A DNA stretch of 64,000 nucleotides. Source: Eledone cirrhosa. Taxonomy: Eukaryota. The DNA lies in the NCBI GenBank assembly GCA_964016885.1, contig OZ024740.1, forward strand, positions 166,036,001-166,100,000. Direction: 5' to 3'. Made by a program: the position numbers and the translations under genes. This document shows, piece by piece, positions 59,909 to 64,000 of the stretch. The notes under the pieces are model-generated. The model saw nothing but the letters and a program-made list of their open reading frames with translations. It was not told where the DNA came from and made no database searches. The first letter of the stretch is position 1. Every line of letters starts with the position of its first letter.

Positions 59909-60454
59909 TGCAAACACATTGATACACACAAATATGCACACATGTGCTTATTAATTCTTATATAAATTAGACACTCATGTGTACATGCACATAGCTACAC
60001 GATCTCAATCACACATATCTATCTATCTATCTATCTATCTCTCTACATATATATATATATTTCAACACAGATATGCACTCATTCAGCTAAACACATACAT
60101 AAATGCATACATACATACATGCATACATACATACATACATACACACATACATATATATATATACGTACATACATATCTACGTACATACATATATACATAC
60201 ATATCTACGTATCTATCTGTCTATATATCTATGTTAGCTTGCCAACTATATTCATACAGACACGCTCACAAGCACACACATACACACATAAACATACACA
60301 CACCCTCATCTTGTGTGTAAATGCAAAGAATAAACGTATGTGTCGGTTGAGTATATATTCGTTTCGCATATAGTTTCTGTAAGGCCGTTTTTATGTATCT
60401 TAAATATGCATACTTTCATTCTCATATTATATGTATTTGTGTGTGTGGGTGTCA

Positions 60455-60545
<91 letters not shown>

Positions 60546-61663
60546 AGTATGTGTGTGTGTCAGTCTGTGTGTCTGTGTGTGTGCGCGGCTGTTTTAGTAC
60601 GTTCACCTAATTCCACGCTTCAGTTAGTTAAAGTGATAGCAACACAAGTTGTGGCGTCAGCTGTGGTAGAAAGGACAGTAGCATATATTACGAGGCGGCC
60701 GTGGTTTCTGGGTATATTGTGTACTGTACTGTAGTCCATCAATTCTTCTTCAGTGATGTAAGAAATTCTCAGAACTCTTGATTTGTTAACAGGAGATATC
60801 AGGATTAATTTCGGCTCGGGAGTAAGTGTTCATTCATTCTCCTAGTTATTTGATCGAAATTAATACATATTCTTATAGGTGTTGTTTATTGGTATTACCT
60901 TGCTTTCGACGTCGTCCTAATTGTTGTTAGCTCCTGGGCACTATTGGTCGAACTTAACTACGTCCACACCATCCCATTCATAACTAGCCCGATTCTTCTC
61001 TTTCTGCAGATATTGTCTATTCTGCAAATATTGTGTATCACATTTTCAAATGTGCGTTTTATCTTTGAGAATAGTAGCGTGTCGCCTTCAATTTGTTGGG
61101 AAGTATAGGTAGCTTTTCTATCACTGGTGGCTGTGGTTATAAGTTTGTATGGGGGACAGAGATAACAAAAATCGAGGACATATTTTCTATCAGCCAAAAC
61201 ATCAATCTTTTAACTACAATTTTGCGTAGGGAAGCTAGTGTGATGAGCGAAATACTACCTCCTAGTAAATTTATAAAATGGTGGTGGGTGAAACTAGAAA
61301 GAAAGGTACTGGATGAATGTGTTTACTCTCAAAGGTAAGCCGGACAAATCAGCGAGATGGGCCAGCTTCCTCTAAGTAGCAAAACTAATCCTGAACTCAT
61401 GTGTTACCTATTGGTGGCATGTGACTGTCTTTCTCATTGAACTTGTTCTAGATAAACCTTCACTACATCCTTTAAATTTGTCCTTGCAATGTCCGCTCAC
61501 CATCTCCAATCAGTATTCTGGTTCTTTACTTTCTGCATTCAAAGCACACCGAAACCAGTTTGTCTCTCATCCTTTCGAAGTCGATAAATTAAAGTACTGG
61601 AGTTGATAAAATCGGCATTCCTTCTCCCAACAAATTGCTGGCCTTATGCTTAAATTAGAAACC

Positions 61664-61683
61664 ATTATTATTATTATTATTAT

Positions 61684-61763
<80 letters not shown>
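61664..61763. repeat. (ATT)n-(AGT)n microsatellite tail of a SINE
   Basis: Follows the SINE tail GGCCTTATGCTTAAATTAGAAACC. Confidence 0.9.
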
Positions 61764-62235
61764 ACAATCAGCAACAAAAGTAACAATAAGTAAAACATAC
61801 ATAGCCCATTTTCTTCAATGGCAGTGTAAAAGAAGACCAATTATCCCCCCCCCCCCCCGTTATGTAAACACCGTTTTATCTTAACCTCTTTAGAAACTAT
61901 TATTTCGTTTGCTGCTAGTCAAAACAGGCGAGACGGCGCCAACAATAGTGTGAAAACATTTCTACATATCTTGGGTCGGCTCTTGCTTCAGGTGAGCTGT
62001 TCTCTTTGCTTCATTGAATATAATTCACTATTGTGTCCATAGACCCTCTTTAATCAGTCGTAAAAATAACGAAAGATTAGAAAATAAAGACATACACACA
62101 CATACATACAATATGTATTCTATTCGTTTTCTGGTTTCAGGTTTCAGGCATTAGACTGTGACCAGCTGAAAATGGACTCTAGTCGGTCATACCGATCCTA
62201 AAACCTATACACGCACATACACATATTGACGTTCA

Positions 62236-62329
<94 letters not shown>

Positions 62330-62639
62330 CATTTATATATATGTGTGTCTGTGTGTATGTGTGTGTGTAATACTTATATATTAACACGTCGTAAACGGAA
62401 AATACGTCTGCTGGGCTGGCACTTTATTTCCTAAACACAAATGATGAAAGGCAAAGTTCAACAAGGTGGGATTTGAATTCAGAGACAGAACAAATACAAC
62501 GAGGCATTCTTAATTGTAAAATACCATTTTGCTAGAATAGAAATTCTATCAGCCAGATGTAAATTCGGGCCCACTAAGCAGTTTTTACGTTGTTGATTAA
62601 CATGCTAGAATTAGAATCCAATCACCCTCTAAATTAACA

Positions 62640-62834
62640 CAGACCTGCCAACGTCTAAAAATCCCCAAATGGAACTACCATGAAGAGAGGTGCCCCAAAA
62701 CAGGGAGAAAGTATGCAAAATGGGGAGATTTTACATAATGAAAACTTTACCCATTTTCACAAGAGAAGACATCTCTCACCCACCCAAAGTGGATGGGAGA
62801 TCTCCCCGACCGACGGGTAAAGCTGACATGCCTG
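62640..62834 (+). mobile_element. Second copy of the same MITE family with a 6-bp TSD
   Basis: Starts CAGACCTGCCAAC and ends GCTGACATGCCTG. TTAACA flanks both sides. Shares internal ACCCATTTTCACAAGAG with the copy at 1631. Confidence 0.72.
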
Positions 62835-64000
62835 TTAACATCCCCTGCATTCTTAAAAGATGAGGTCTTAAATACACAATGTCAGAAATATGGACGGAAT
62901 GTCCAGAGACCTACGACTAAAGAGAAGTAATGAAGTAGACATTTCGGACTGTTCTGGTTATGTAAATCTAATGCTGATGTAAAGGCAGTTAATTAACAGA
63001 ACTCTTAGAAATTCAGTTAGAAGTCTTTGCAGTTCTCTGCACTCTGAATTCAATTCAACTTTGTCTTTCATCCTTTCAAGCTCGATAAATAAAATACCAG
63101 TTGTGTAATGTGATCAAACGTTCCTGTACGTTTCCTTCATACTATATACATATCCCGTCTTTCTCTCTTTCTGTCTCGATCTCCGCTATCTTTTTATTTC
63201 TCTAGAAAATATGGGTTGTGTTAAAACCTGGAGAGGTGCCTCCTACAACTCTACCAGGGGGTCAGGACAGCTTTCACCTTGACATACCGTACATACTATC
63301 TTCCAAAGACATAACAACATTTACAGGGCTAGCCATGATAACTAATAACACTAATGTAAACTATTCGAAAAAAAGCTAAAAACGAAAGCAAAATAATATT
63401 CTGTAATCATTAAACATTCCCAACTAACTTGATAAGAAACGGCAGCTATGACGTGTATATCCCAATCCAACTTCTGGACTGAATCACATTTCAACTAAGA
63501 ATCGTATTTAGTTTGATTACAAACCTCTAGTCAAAGCTCGAACTCTTCGTAGTTGGGTTGTTATTGACGTATGCAAATGGTACAGACACGTACACAACCC
63601 CCCTCCCCCCAACAAGGTACACATACATACGCTCTCTCGCCGTGTGTCTGTATCTCTGTCACTCTCTGTTTCCATCTCAATTTCTCTCTTCGTCACTATA
63701 TCTAGCTCTTATGTTCTCATTCATACAATTTAATTTCACGTAGATCTAGATATGTGCAGTTGTGCAGAGATAGATCCTGTGCTACCGTATCGTTTCAGAT
63801 AAGATATCGAAGATTGTGACGTCTGCTTTGACCATGCTACATGTCTAGCGATTTCGTAAAAAGATTGTCTGTCTCAGTTCCATTCTCACATCTAAACATT
63901 TCCCCAAATATCACTGTCAATTTCAAGTCTTCTTTGAAATAATTCGTCCTTCGACGTCTATCTTACACGCTCTTTATATCTATATTTATTTCTTACTCTG

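Overview
AT-rich, microsatellite-dense metazoan DNA. The repeat landscape suggests an octopus or other cephalopod (inference), and there is one 200-N assembly gap. The whole window lies inside a + strand gene for an Ig-superfamily receptor, most likely PTK7/off-track. Four phase-compatible coding exons are visible (14547-14677, 29642-29771, 53956-54122, 56153-56292), separated by introns full of decayed LINEs (CR1-, R4/Dong-, CRE- and RTE-like), a Chapaev3-like transposon, a Helitron remnant, MITEs and Nin/Deu-domain SINEs. The standout is a 6.85 kb array (32964-39815) of almost identical 311-bp highly structured monomers, each carrying a minimal type I hammerhead ribozyme. It is arranged as two divergent arms (about 8.4 and 13.6 copies) with both outer ends fused to (TA)n. 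At least three other unrelated small families in the window, two of them with hammerheads or a tRNA-like cassette, share this divergent-arms-in-(TA)n architecture. This points to a retrozyme/Penelope-type copying system that targets TA microsatellites. Almost all long ORFs in the track are microsatellite artefacts.
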